Assembly (NCBI RefSeq): GCF_001194135.2
Contig: NC_069001.1
Coordinates: forward strand, 20,180,047-20,244,046
Source: Octopus bimaculoides
Lineage: Eukaryota
Direction of reading: 5' to 3'
Length of the DNA: 64,000 nt
Shown: positions 13,720 to 25,622 of the stretch, piece after piece
Layout of the letters: each line of letters starts with the position of its first letter
How positions within the stretch are numbered: position 1 is the stretch's first letter
Program-made: the position numbers and the translations under genes
The notes under the pieces: model-generated
Seen by the model: the letters and a program-made list of their open reading frames with translations, nothing else
The model's database searches: none
What the model was told of the DNA's origin: nothing

Positions 13720-14423
13720 GTTGAATCCTCAACAAAATCTGCTCAGAGTTCCCCAAGCCGAAGTAGCAACTCATCAACTGAACTTTCACCTGATGAGCGC
13801 CAAGAGGAAGCTTCTACAACTCTTGTTGCAAACGACATGAAGAAGGCTTCATCACAAGAGGACATGCAAAATATTGAAGAAGAACGGACAGCTGCAAAAT
13901 TCAAGTCTCCACTTTTGAAACAGTTGATGGACAAACGGTCAGATGATTCCAGTGGGGATACAAGTGCAAAATTCAAGTCTCCAATTCTGCAGAATATCCT
14001 CGGTAAAAGCAAGACAAACCTAGGCAATAGGTTATTAAAGACAAATTCATCAGAGAAGCTGGCTTCCAGCCAAGAGAGCTTGGATCAACCATTTGCTGAA
14101 GACAGCACATCTTTGAAGGACATTAGCAGACAGAAGAATGATGTTGATACCAATGCAGAAGTCAACCCAGCCGAAAACAGCCTCGTGGACAAAGATAAAT
14201 CTCAGAATAGATTATCTGTTTCTTTTGATCAGTCTGTTGGTATGGATGACTCAGGTTTCGCTGATTCTAATGGCAGTACAAAGACACCACAGATAGTAGA
14301 CGTGAATGGAACTGGTAGATCTGTGGAACTGAGCAGTGAGTCTGCCATTGGTAGTTTAGTTGACAATAACTTGGATAATAAAGACAAAGTGGAGTTAACT
14401 ACAATATCTGGCGAAAGTTCTTG
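13720..14423 (+). CDS. MAP7: MAP7 large exon, disordered S/D/N/K-rich C-terminal region (VESSTKSAQSSPS...TISGESS)
   Basis: poly-T...acaag acceptor, tg|gtaagt donor, 704 nt open phase 0-2; overlaps ORF 13837-14427. Confidence 0.88.
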
Positions 14424-16359
14424 GTAAGTAATGCTTAAATGAAGCATTTTTGGTTTTGTCATTGTTATCCACAATGCCTTTGATGTGTGCTTATCTCAGC
14501 ATATGTGTAAAACATATGCACATGTGCACACACACACACACACACACACACACTTAACATAATACATTATGCTGATGTGACAAGAGCATGTGCAGTTGAA
14601 GAATGGGGAGTTAAATCCTGTGATCTTGTAAAACACTACTAAATGAGTCAGTGAGCATGTATAAATATGTGTGTAGAATATAAAAGATATTAATTTTTTT
14701 ACACAAACCCAACTTTAGTTATTTTATTTGAAAATATCAAATTAATCAAACTCTGTCAGAAGAAATTTATTTTTCCATTTTGTTTTGTTTTCTTGCTTTT
14801 ATAGCTTCCATATTTAATTAGACAAAATTGACATAATTATATATCCACTACAACAACAACAACAATAATGATAATTTCATATTTTTTATTACTAAGTAAG
14901 GTTGTTTTTTTGGTATGAAATAACAGAGAATGAGAGCCATATTAAATATTTTATGTTTGTTATTTGAGTTTGCTTCCCTCCTTTCCCCTCTTCGAGATGC
15001 AGGATAGATTTTTTTGGTTGACCCCCCCCCCCCCCCACCTCAATATGTATCTGTAATGTAAAGGATTGTTTCATTATATCATACTCCATTACAAAAATTT
15101 TGGCTCTACATTATCAATTTTTATCATTATCACCATTGTTTTGAGAATGGGTAGTGGAGTAACTAAAAGGTGAGGTAGTTAGATAAATGATGAGGAGATT
15201 ATTAGTCTTCTCTCTCTAAATTGTAAGTTCAAATCCTGCCAGAATCAACAACATCCATCTTTGATAAAACAAAATAACAGAAGTGTACTAGTTTAACTTG
15301 TGAGCTTGTGTGACTGTAACTACAACTGTGATAAAGACTGTAGTGGGAGGTTCTCAACAAGCCTAGTCTCGAATGCTATTTCAGTGCCTATCATGAATAT
15401 CATTCTTCATCATCATCAGAATTTTTATTGAGGATGGCAGAATCAATAGAGGGCTTATATCTAGTGGTATTTATTATTAGAAGGATAGACTTAATTAGCA
15501 GTTACTGCAAAAATTTGTAACCTTGCACAGATGTAAAGAATTGTTAATGAAATCTGCTAATCAGCTTGATTTTCTAACCAAGTTTTTTTTTTATTATATT
15601 TATAAATATTTTGAAAGAAAAAATGTCTTGAGTGTGGCATGTTTCTCCCATGTGTGTCCTTTTTATTGCTACCATAATGACTTTTGCCCCTTGGAGCTGG
15701 CTGGTCTTGCCCCTCCACCACTCAGGCACCCCATTCTTATCTTTCCTGCAGGCAGGTGATCTGCAACAGTTTAAACAACATCAGTCTCACTCATCTAGAA
15801 CCTGCAAATGTGTTTGGCTCTTCCTACAGGTTGTGTATTTGTGCACGTATATATGTAATTGTGTTTCTGTGTGTATATATATATATGTATATATGATATA
15901 TACAGAGTTTGCCAAAGAAATGTATACAAACTTCAGGAAAGGAAAAATCTACATTAATATTTTAATTCAGTGTTATTGCAATTTATTCTGTGTTATCGCA
16001 ATTTGATAAAACATCGAAAGAGGTGTCTATATTTATAGAGGTACTTATACAAATTAGATATTTACACAGATTTTTCCATTCCTGAAATGTGTTTGCATTT
16101 TTTGGGCAGACTTTGCATAAAGAGAGAGAGAGAGAGAGAGCGGTGCAGACATGGCTGTGTGGTTAAGAACTTTGCTTCCCGACCACATGGCTTTGCACTT
16201 TGATGGCAGTAGTATCATTGACATGTTGACAAAGAAAATAGACTTTGTATGTGGTACATGCACAAAATGTTCTTAATGAACATTAAGAACATGCCAGAAA
16301 TAAATTTTCTCAAACACTCAGTAGGATCTTTAGAGGTAGTAGATAGCTTTTGTTATCTT

Positions 16360-16800
16360 AGCTTGGCTTGGCTTCATGCTCTTGCTTGATGTGGCTGGGG
16401 TCATTCCAAGTTAGTGGTCCCAGTGACATCATCATGCATAGAGCTGACTAGGCCCACCAGTGCTCTCCATTGCTGGCAGTCCCCTGCTAGCCCCTCTGCA
16501 TCCTCCAAGGTGTTGTCGAGCCTCTGGAGATCTTCACCAATCACATCCAGCCATCTGGTGCAAGCCTCACAATGAGGCCTTTTCCAGCCCGCAGCTATTG
16601 CGTTGAATGAGAGTAAAGCCCTGGTAGGATGACCTTTCTGGAGACAGAGGACTTGTCCGTACCAGAACATGTGGCAGATAGTCATGAGATGGGAGGTTGT
16701 TATCTAGGTAACCTAATTAGCAGTGGAGGAAGATGCTCTGGAAGATGGTAACCAGAGTTAGAATATACTGGAGAAAGTTTAGAGAGCTGCAGTGCTACAT
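16360..16800 (-). mobile_element. RTE-clade LINE 3' fragment
   Basis: ORF 16401-16685 WYGQVL...GWKRP...RWLDVI..DL...LA.D...WRALV is a typical RTE ORF C-terminus. Confidence 0.7.
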
Positions 16801-17299
16801 GGTAGTGAGATGTGAGGTTGCCATGGAGCTCACAAGATTATGATCCATCTCAACTGAGCAGGACTACAGTAGAGAGGGAAGAAGTTTTTCGTTTGGTGTT
16901 GAGAGTTAAAGTGTGAAAGGAGTAGGACAAGTGTCTTGCTATAGAGGAGATGCACAGCTTCCTTGTTTAATGAGTAGGTGGGAGTAATCCAGGTGCTTGA
17001 AAGTGTGAGCCTTCAGGGTACTGGAAGGTGAACAGAAGAGAGAGTGAGGACAGAAAACAGGAAGGGTGGGTGTGTAGGTATAGGTTGTAAGAATGTTGGG
17101 TGCGAGTGAGGGATGGTTAGAGTTGAAGGGTGAGATAGTGAATGGTGAGGAGGAGTGGTCAATGTTGAATATGAGTTGGAGTGAAGGTAGAGGGGAGTAA
17201 GTGATGACAGCCAGTACAGAGGTGAAGAGCAGCAGAATACAGGAGTCATGGAAAGGATGAGAGAAAGGGAAAGAGGTATCATGGTTGAGAAGGAGAGAT

Positions 17300-17495
17300 A
17301 ATTTAGTGGCCCAGTGCTGGCACCACAAGAAAAAAGCATCCAGTGCACTCCGTAAGGTCATTGACGTTGGGAAGAATATCTGGTCATAGAAACAATGTCG
17401 AAGTAGACAGTGGACTCAGTCCTTTAACTCATCAGATCCTGTTGAATCATCCAACTCATGCCAGCATAAAAGTTGGATGTTAAGTGGTGATGATT
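17300..17495 (+). mobile_element. Decayed SINE 3' part with RTE-like (gat)n tail
   Basis: aaaagcatccagt...catccaactcatgccagcat...gatgat, related to 48759-48992. Confidence 0.6.
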
Positions 17496-17683
17496 ATATA
17501 TATGCATATATATATAAAATATAAGTTAATATATATATATATATTTTTTGAAAGGTTGAATGCAAATTCATCCTTTAATTGGAGTAATTTCCAAAAGATT
17601 TCTAACGTTGTTTCTTCATACTTTACTTTTAATTTACTGGTGTAAATTAGCATGGATATGAAAAGTTATATAGGTATATTAAA

Positions 17684-18125
17684 TATATGATTTAATTTAT
17701 TAAACAAAGTTCAACAAATTCAATCATATTTTACATAAATGGAGAAGATTAAATGTTAGGATTGCATAGGTATGGTGTTCTTACTCATTTTTGTAATGTG
17801 TTATAGTTCTTGGAGTCATGTCTATTTAAAACAAGTCTTGTTTTAAATAGACATGACTCCAAGAACTATAACACATTACAGAAATGAATAAGAACACCAT
17901 ACCTATGCAATCCTAACGTTTTATTAGCTTTTTTCTTATTTTTGGCTACTAACGAGTACTTTTTGACAACTCAAATTCTTAAAATGAATTTATTGTCTTC
18001 TATATGAAACAATTGTACAGCTACATGAATAAAAAAATTATCATCCACGTTAACACTTAATCTTCTCCATTTATGTAAAATATGATTGAATTTGTTGAAC
18101 TTTGTTTAATAAGTTTAATCATATA
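17684..18125. mobile_element. MITE-like fold-back with about 69-bp terminal inverted repeats and an internal 81-bp hairpin
   Basis: 17684-17752 is the reverse complement of 18057-18125 (2 mismatches). 17755-17835 is the reverse complement of 17837-17917 (2 mismatches). TA-rich flanks. Confidence 0.85.
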
Positions 18126-19069
18126 CTTTATATATATATTGTCTGTGTATGTATCTTGTAGGAGCAAGTGATCATAAAACAGAGTCATGTATTTCTATGT
18201 CAGCAAATCTTTGGGGCAGTGAAGTTTGGTCTAAAACAAATATTGCAAAACTCTAATAATTCCAATTTGAATATAGCTTCATAAACAACTTCATTTTCAA
18301 GTGTCTGTTTTGAAGGCTTCAGCATGGCTATCCTCTTCTTCCAACAAATCAAATGGTAGCATATTCACTGTGATCTTTACTTCCTGTCTACTCATGTTTT
18401 GGGAAAACAAAATTTTGATGTTGACATTCTTTTATTTTTGTTTTGAAAACTTGGGATTTTTGTTTTAAACATCTAGAATCCCCTGTTTTTGTCTTACCTT
18501 TCAAGATGTTGTTTGTATTTATGCTATTATGTTATTTAATATGGAAGTGTGTGATTATATCAGAACATTTGTTCATTAATGCTGTTAAAAATAGCTTTGG
18601 CCCCACTTTCTAGCAGATTGAGCAACCACAGTGAGACCCTATTGTGTGACATTTACATCACTTAAGTAATTTTATGTAAGTGCAAATCCATTTACATTGT
18701 GATGGTACCTCAAAGCTGGTGACCTTTCGATTTTTGTATATTATTGCAATAGACAGACATCTTCATTCATAAATTTCTCTTCTGAAAATTTTCAAATAAT
18801 TTTTCTGTTTACTTTTCGAAATGAGTTTCTAATTTACCATCTTGATAAAAAAGATTTTCTCAAGGAAATGTAGAGAACTGCAGCATATATTTTAATATTT
18901 GGGTGTCATATACATCTATAAAGTATAAGAATATATTAAGTAAACATTGTGGTTTAATTTAAGTGTCAAAATGAAAATGAAATAGTATTTATTTCAGGGA
19001 GAAAAAATATTTTCATTTTAAAAGCAACAAGTATTTCAAGGATAAATTAAATATTTTGATAACCTTCCG

Positions 19070-19277
19070 CTTACTCTATCAAATGTAGTGCTTATTTATT
19101 CAAACTGTTTTGAATTAATCATGCATTATCTTCTTAGCTTTGCAATTTCGCTGATGTTATTGTATAATTTTGGAATGGCATTGTAGGGTAGGTGTGAGAG
19201 GCCAGATCTGGCCTGTTTGAACACAAAACAGGTGGGATATTTGGATCAAATATGGCTGATTTAAATGCTAATGGTTA
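19070..19277. mobile_element. piggyBac-like MITE copy
   Basis: Same body (gaattaatcatgcattatct...cattgtagggtaggtgtgagagg) ending aatgctaatgg-ttaa. Confidence 0.6.
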
Positions 19278-21399
19278 ATAAGGTTCAATGATGTATAAGT
19301 AAGCTATACTTTCATTTTAAAAGCATGTCTATTATAAGATTTAAAAAAAACATTTTAATAATTTAAAAGTAATTAAAAATGTCAAAATATATTTGTAAGC
19401 AGTATTTTGTTTTTATTTCGATATTTCAACAATGCCATATTTTTATACACTTCTCATAATTCTCCTTAATTCTCCACTTTTACTTCTTTTGAAAAATTCA
19501 TTTTATCACATTTTTGCCTCTACTCCAGAACTTTGGTCTGGCTTTACTCTTTGTCTTTTGTTGGGCAACTGGGATTATCATTCTGTAAAAAAAAACAAAA
19601 AAAACTTCCAAAAGTCTATTTCTTGACATTTTAACCACCCCAGCACCCATGAAAGCTATAAAACCAGCTACCTCCAAAGAACAAGGGCTATTACAGTAGT
19701 GATACAAAAGACAAGGACAAAAGAGAGAGAGAAAGAGAAAGAGCATGCTTGGGCACATTGGCTGCAGCATATCCATCTGATTTTAATGCAAATCATTTAG
19801 AGGGGCCCTTCTCAAGAGCAGCTCAGATTGTGGGTGCATAATGGAGTCATTACATACACACTGATATTTGTAGTGTGCTAGAAGTTGTCAGGATTTGAAA
19901 TATTGTTTGACTCCAATGAGAAATGCCAGTGTTTAGGATGCAACCCTATATGTGTTAAGTATGTACCTTGTCCAGGAGAGATCCTCTGAAAAATTGTGAG
20001 GGTACTGGGGGTGGATGGAGGGTAGAGTATGAAAAAATGAAATTACAATTATTCTATTTTTAAAGAATGGAAATTTCAATAGTTTCAACCATAAGAATAC
20101 CACAAACTGAAGAAAAATCCAATTCTTCCAACAAAAGGGGACCAGAATGAAATTTAGCAATTGGGGCCAAAAATGTGAAAGAATGAAATTTTGAAAAGAA
20201 GAAAAGAGAAAAAAAACAGTTCATCACTGTTGTCCAAAACATCTGAATAAAAAAGAAATGAAAGAAGAAAATAATCATAAGGGAAAGCTCTTCCAAAACT
20301 CAGTCAAACCTGTTCAAATTTGTGTCTTTTTTTTTTTTTTTAAGTCAAGTGGGTAGGTTCTGCCCAAGACCTTTTGATCACCTCCATGACTAGTGACGGG
20401 GGGAAGATCTCCTCAAAGTAGAGACTACTTGCAATAGAGCAGGCTAAAGGTATCCATAGTATTAGGTGGTGGTCTTAATTGTGCAACTGATTAAGTCTAC
20501 CACCCAATTAGGCTATGGCAGGATTTGAACTCAGACCAGGAAGATCAGAAACAAATACTACAGGACATCTGGTCTGATTTCCTTGCAATTTCCAATAATC
20601 TCTCATCCTAAATTGGTACTTCTTTCTTTTTATCTCTGAAAGGATGTGAAGCATAGCTGACCTTAGCAAGATTTGGGCTCAAATTTGAATATAATCACAT
20701 AACTACCGCAATAAATTCTGTCCAACACTCTGATGATACCATGTACACATCTGGGATTAGGAATCATGATCTAAACATGTGAGATTGTGTTTGAGGCACA
20801 AATATATTTCCAAGCAATTCTTTCCCCACAAAAATTGTAAAAGGTCTGATTTATTTTACTGTAATAGTTAATAAAATTTTGTAAACTTATCATACAGATT
20901 ATTGTTAAAAGGCTTGGTTAGCATTAAGTTTGGAGTTAAGGGGACAGACACTGGCTAGATACAAAATAATTCAACTACTGCATCCAATACAAAGCAGGCT
21001 TTGAAATAAGCACTTTTTACAGATATGCATATATACATCTAAAGAGATGTGTATGTATTTGAATAATGGATATATATCATGTATGTATATTGTGTGTGAA
21101 TATGCTCATACAAACACACATATAAAACAAAGTGTATAGGTTTTATTTATTAAGGAAAGATTATTTATATAGGAGGCGGAATGAAAAAAAAAATTTATTC
21201 TGTGCATGTGTAATTTTGGGAAGGTTTATAGGTAGAAGCCAGACAAAAGCAGCACTTGGTCCTTTGTGTTGAGAGGTAGACAGGGATTGATATCTTCACC
21301 TTATAAAAGATCCTGTTACAGAAATTGTAACAACTGAAAAATAGATGATGAGATTAAAAATTCTGTAATGTGTATATGTATATACAGATGTACGTTATA

Positions 21400-21690
21400 A
21401 TCTGTTGGTTACGACAATGAGTGTTCCAGCTGATTCAATCAACAGAAACATCCTACTTATGTAATTGACATTCAGGTGGTTCCACAGGCATGCATACCCT
21501 TAACATAGTTCTCAAGGGATTCAGTGTGACACATTTGATGTGACAAGGCTGGCCCTTTGAATTACTGGTACAGCTCATTTTTGCCAGGCAAGTGGACTTG
21601 AGCAACGTGGAGTGGCTTAGTCAGCTCATGATTGTAAGGTTGTGGGTTTGACACCCAGCAGCACGTTATCCTTGAGCAAGACACTTTATA
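21400..21690. mobile_element. Decayed SINE fragments
   Basis: SINE-body-like block followed by a tRNA-like head remnant running into (TA)n. Family recognition only. Confidence 0.45.
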
Positions 21691-23398
21691 TATGTATGTG
21701 TATATATATATCTATAAATACCCATGTATCTTATATTAGGAGGCAACACATAGGAAGTGTTATTCTACATAGATATATACAAAAAGATGAGATAGTATAC
21801 ATATTACAAAAACTAACAGAAAATTGCATGGAGGCCAGTATGTCTGATTATTTATATACACACACACACACACACACACACATGCAATGGAAATTAGCAG
21901 GGTTATGGATAGAATGCCTTGTGGTATTTGTTCTGATGATCTAATTTCAAATTCTACCAAGGTAATTTGTCTTTAATTGTTTTTGGTTGATAATAAAGAA
22001 CCAGTTCAGTGAGTGAAGTGGAGGAATTGTTAGCGGGTTGGGTAAGATGCTCTGCATTAATGGTCTGGAGATGAGAGACATGTATGTATGGGCTACTGTA
22101 GGTTCTTCCTCAAACAGTCTTGCCCAGGTTTCTGCATTCATCTGCAGATGCACTGCCAAGAGTGATTGCCTGTAAAATTCTTTCACTTTTATACATCTTT
22201 GGTGAAAGTAGGCCTTGACCAAGAGAAATTGATCTCATCAGTTGGTGTCCAACAATCAGTGGATGTTTTGACCTTGAATTCTAATACTCCCCCGTTGTGG
22301 TCAAACCACAAACCTTGACTAGGAATAGCCATGCCTACCAACCCTTTTCTTTGTAATCCTATAAAAGGATCTGGTACTTGGTAATCTTTACTTGAAGGTT
22401 TGATCACATCATTCTACCTGTTGGACTTGAAGGTGAGCAAGCTGAAATTCCATTGTCAACTTTTTCTGTGTAAAAGTTTAATAAACATTTATTCTACTAA
22501 AAAGCATTGAGTAATCCATCAGTTTCACGTTGAGGGTATAACTTGACATAAAAGCAAGCATTAACGTATTTATGTGTGTATTTAAGTATTTCTATATATT
22601 CAAATATTTATAAATATCCCTAACCCCTACCTTAACCACTCACATCCTTGCTCTAGCTTTCTGAATTTTGAAGTTTGAGTGAACAGGGATTGCACTCTGG
22701 TAATCTTTAACCACCCTCCCTGATTTTTCTGGTCTAACACTCTCTTAGACATGTTACCTTGAGGACATGCTCTGATTCCTCTTCATCACATAACCTCTCC
22801 TCCATACACCACTACCCACCCTTATATAGCATGTGTTATAAGTACTTCTCTTGCTACTCAACCCACCTCACCATCTTTATCATTCTCTGACTCTGTCTCT
22901 CTCTCTCTCCCTGGCACTACTTCTTTCCTCTTTCAACTGTTATGCACTTTCCTAGCACTGTCTCTGTTAGTCTGTCCCCTAATTCCATCTTTCAATGATA
23001 AACCTATGTAACTCCAATAAGAATTGACATGGATCCTGACCAAACTGCCCAACCCATGCAGGCATGGAGAGCAAACCAACTTGCCTTATTACTGGATCTT
23101 ATTCAATCCACCTGTTACCTTACCACTTTGTCTCCTGCTGTCTTCTATATTGATCCCTGACATTACTCTTTTCCTTCCTGTCTTCCCTGTTTCCTCCATT
23201 ATTCCCCCTGCTATTCTCTCCACTACCATCCTCTCACAACAACAAATCTGTTTCTTCCTTTCACTTTGTGTACTACAAGGAAACTCTTCTGGTGCTGGTG
23301 CCATGAAAAAAATTACTGTAAGTTGTTGGTAAATTGAATAGAGCAGTACCATACATATATATATATATATATATATACACACGTTTGTGTGTGTGTAT

Positions 23399-23555
23399 GG
23401 GAGCATGCATGGCTGTGTGGTCAAGAAAGTTTGCTTTCCAGCTATGTGGTTACAAGTTCAGTTCTTCTGCATAGCATTTTAGGCAAGTGTCTTCTTGTAC
23501 AGTCCTGGGCTGATCAAAATATCATGAGTAGATTTGGTGGACAGAAACTAAAAAT
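23399..23555 (+). mobile_element. tRNA-derived CORE-type SINE, 5' half, decayed
   Basis: gcatggctgtgtggt (A-box-like), agttcagttc (B-box-like), ggcaagtgtcttc core; related to 37726-38028. Confidence 0.7.
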
Positions 23556-25158
23556 GCCTTTTGTGCATGTGTTTATTTTCTTCCATCTGGCTATCATATG
23601 TGTCACCATCATACAAATGTTTTTCTTTGCTATCTTCTGTGAAAGCCATTTTATTGCTTATGTTCAAAGGTCGAGGGAAATATTACGTTGTTTGTAAATA
23701 GGTGAAAGTTGATGACAGGAAGAACATCCAGTCATACACAATCTGCCTCAGTGAATTTTATCTAATCTACGCAAACATGGAAAAGTGATAACATACAACA
23801 CATACACACATATACACACTTAACATCTTATCATCATGCCTTGATCTTGCGAAAGAAAATTCATGGAGAGTACTGTATCACTATTTGTGTGTGAATATAT
23901 ATATCTATATTATATGTTGTTGTTGTTGTTGTTGTTGGAACAGAGGACTGGCAAATCAATAGAGTAACAAACAAATTACCCTGGGATATTTTCATGTCCA
24001 TATGCATTCAGAGTTAAAAACTCAAGACTCACTTGGTGTATCATCTTTCCAGCATTGGTAAATCTGAATCCTTGATTTAAATCAACATCTCACCTCTCCC
24101 ATATTTCTTGACCTTGTATCTAAGTTAGAACTTATCATTTTCCTTATCATGTTACTTCTGATACTTTGGAGATTTGATAAAATAAAAACTTGTTGTGATC
24201 AATAAAACTGTCTGTAATACTTCCTTTCAAATTTGAGGCTTTATACCAGAGGTGTAACAAGAGAATTAGGAGTGAAAACAGTCCCACCTATTCTTTAAGT
24301 ACAAATGTGAAGAGACTCAAAATTTTCTATGACTTATCATACTTGTTAATTATGATGGGAATGCCAAAAGAGTCTTTGCTCCACAGTACTGTGCACCTTT
24401 GCTTTGTCACTGTCAATATAAGAAATTAATTACTGCTCTTGGAAAATGCATATATGTGACACAATTTCATTTGCCTAAATAAGAATGCATTTTTGTTGTA
24501 GTAAAACATCAGTAGATTGACAGAAGTAGATTATATGCCTTTAACTATTTAATTCCGTCCTGATGCATTCTGTGTTCAAATCCAGCCTGGATTAATTCTT
24601 ATCCTTTATCTCACTTTCAACATATACTTGAGTTGATTCAGGTGATATATTACTTCCCTTACAAATTTCTGACCTTGTGCCAGCATATTTTACAAGTTGT
24701 TATTGTTGTTAATAAAGGCACTGATCATAGCCAAGGCCATAGTTTTGGACAGATTACTTTGCTTGATTTCATTTTTTTTCTTTTCCAGTTAAGAGTTGCA
24801 GCCCTGCCATGGTTGGCATTACTTCTCCCCTTTTCTGGTTAAAGAAAATATGTACAAGTTATCTACGGGGATCATATACTTTCTTGTTATAAGAATAGTT
24901 ATATGGTTTGACTAAATCAAATGATTCCAATGTGTTAAATGCATTTACATATCCACCACCCATTGCTCAGTCCCCATGCATCCCACTTTGTTTTGTAGTG
25001 ATTTATCTGATCACAGGATTAATGCAAATATTTATAGCTTTCCTCTACTGCTTCCAGGCCTCCTCCCACAATGCATGTATCTGTCTAAATTTTTTTTTTT
25101 AATGTCAGAATTGTTGAATATTCTGCAAAATCAAATAAAACTATATATACATATATAT

Positions 25159-25243
25159 NNNNNNNNNNNNNNNNNNNNNNNNNNNNNNNNNNNNNNNNNN
25201 NNNNNNNNNNNNNNNNNNNNNNNNNNNNNNNNNNNNNNNNNNN
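25159..25243. other. Assembly gap (85 N) within (TA)n
   Basis: Run of N. Confidence 1.
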
Positions 25244-25311
<68 letters not shown>

Positions 25312-25565
25312 GTGTGTGTGTCCGATATACAAAAAATAATAATAAATATGTCTATAAAACATTTCAGCAGTTCTTTTTATTTTTTTGATAAATTTTATGA
25401 AAATGTATGTATGGATGTGTGTGCGTGTGTGTGTCGATACATGTATGCAGACATGTGTCTACCTGTCTGTCTATCTAAACATCATCATTTTACAACCGCT
25501 TTTCATGCTTTGGACAGGTTGTTACTTTCCAAAGTAGTTCTAATTCAAATTCACTGTGTGTATAC

Positions 25566-25622
<57 letters not shown>

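Noticed and set aside
13743-14474. Minus-strand ORFs of 94 and 81 aa
   Set aside because: Antisense shadows of the MAP7 exon; likewise 5176-5376.
18162-18171. cttgtag acceptor giving W-S-K-stop
   Set aside because: Short pyrimidine tract next to a MITE end; no independent support.
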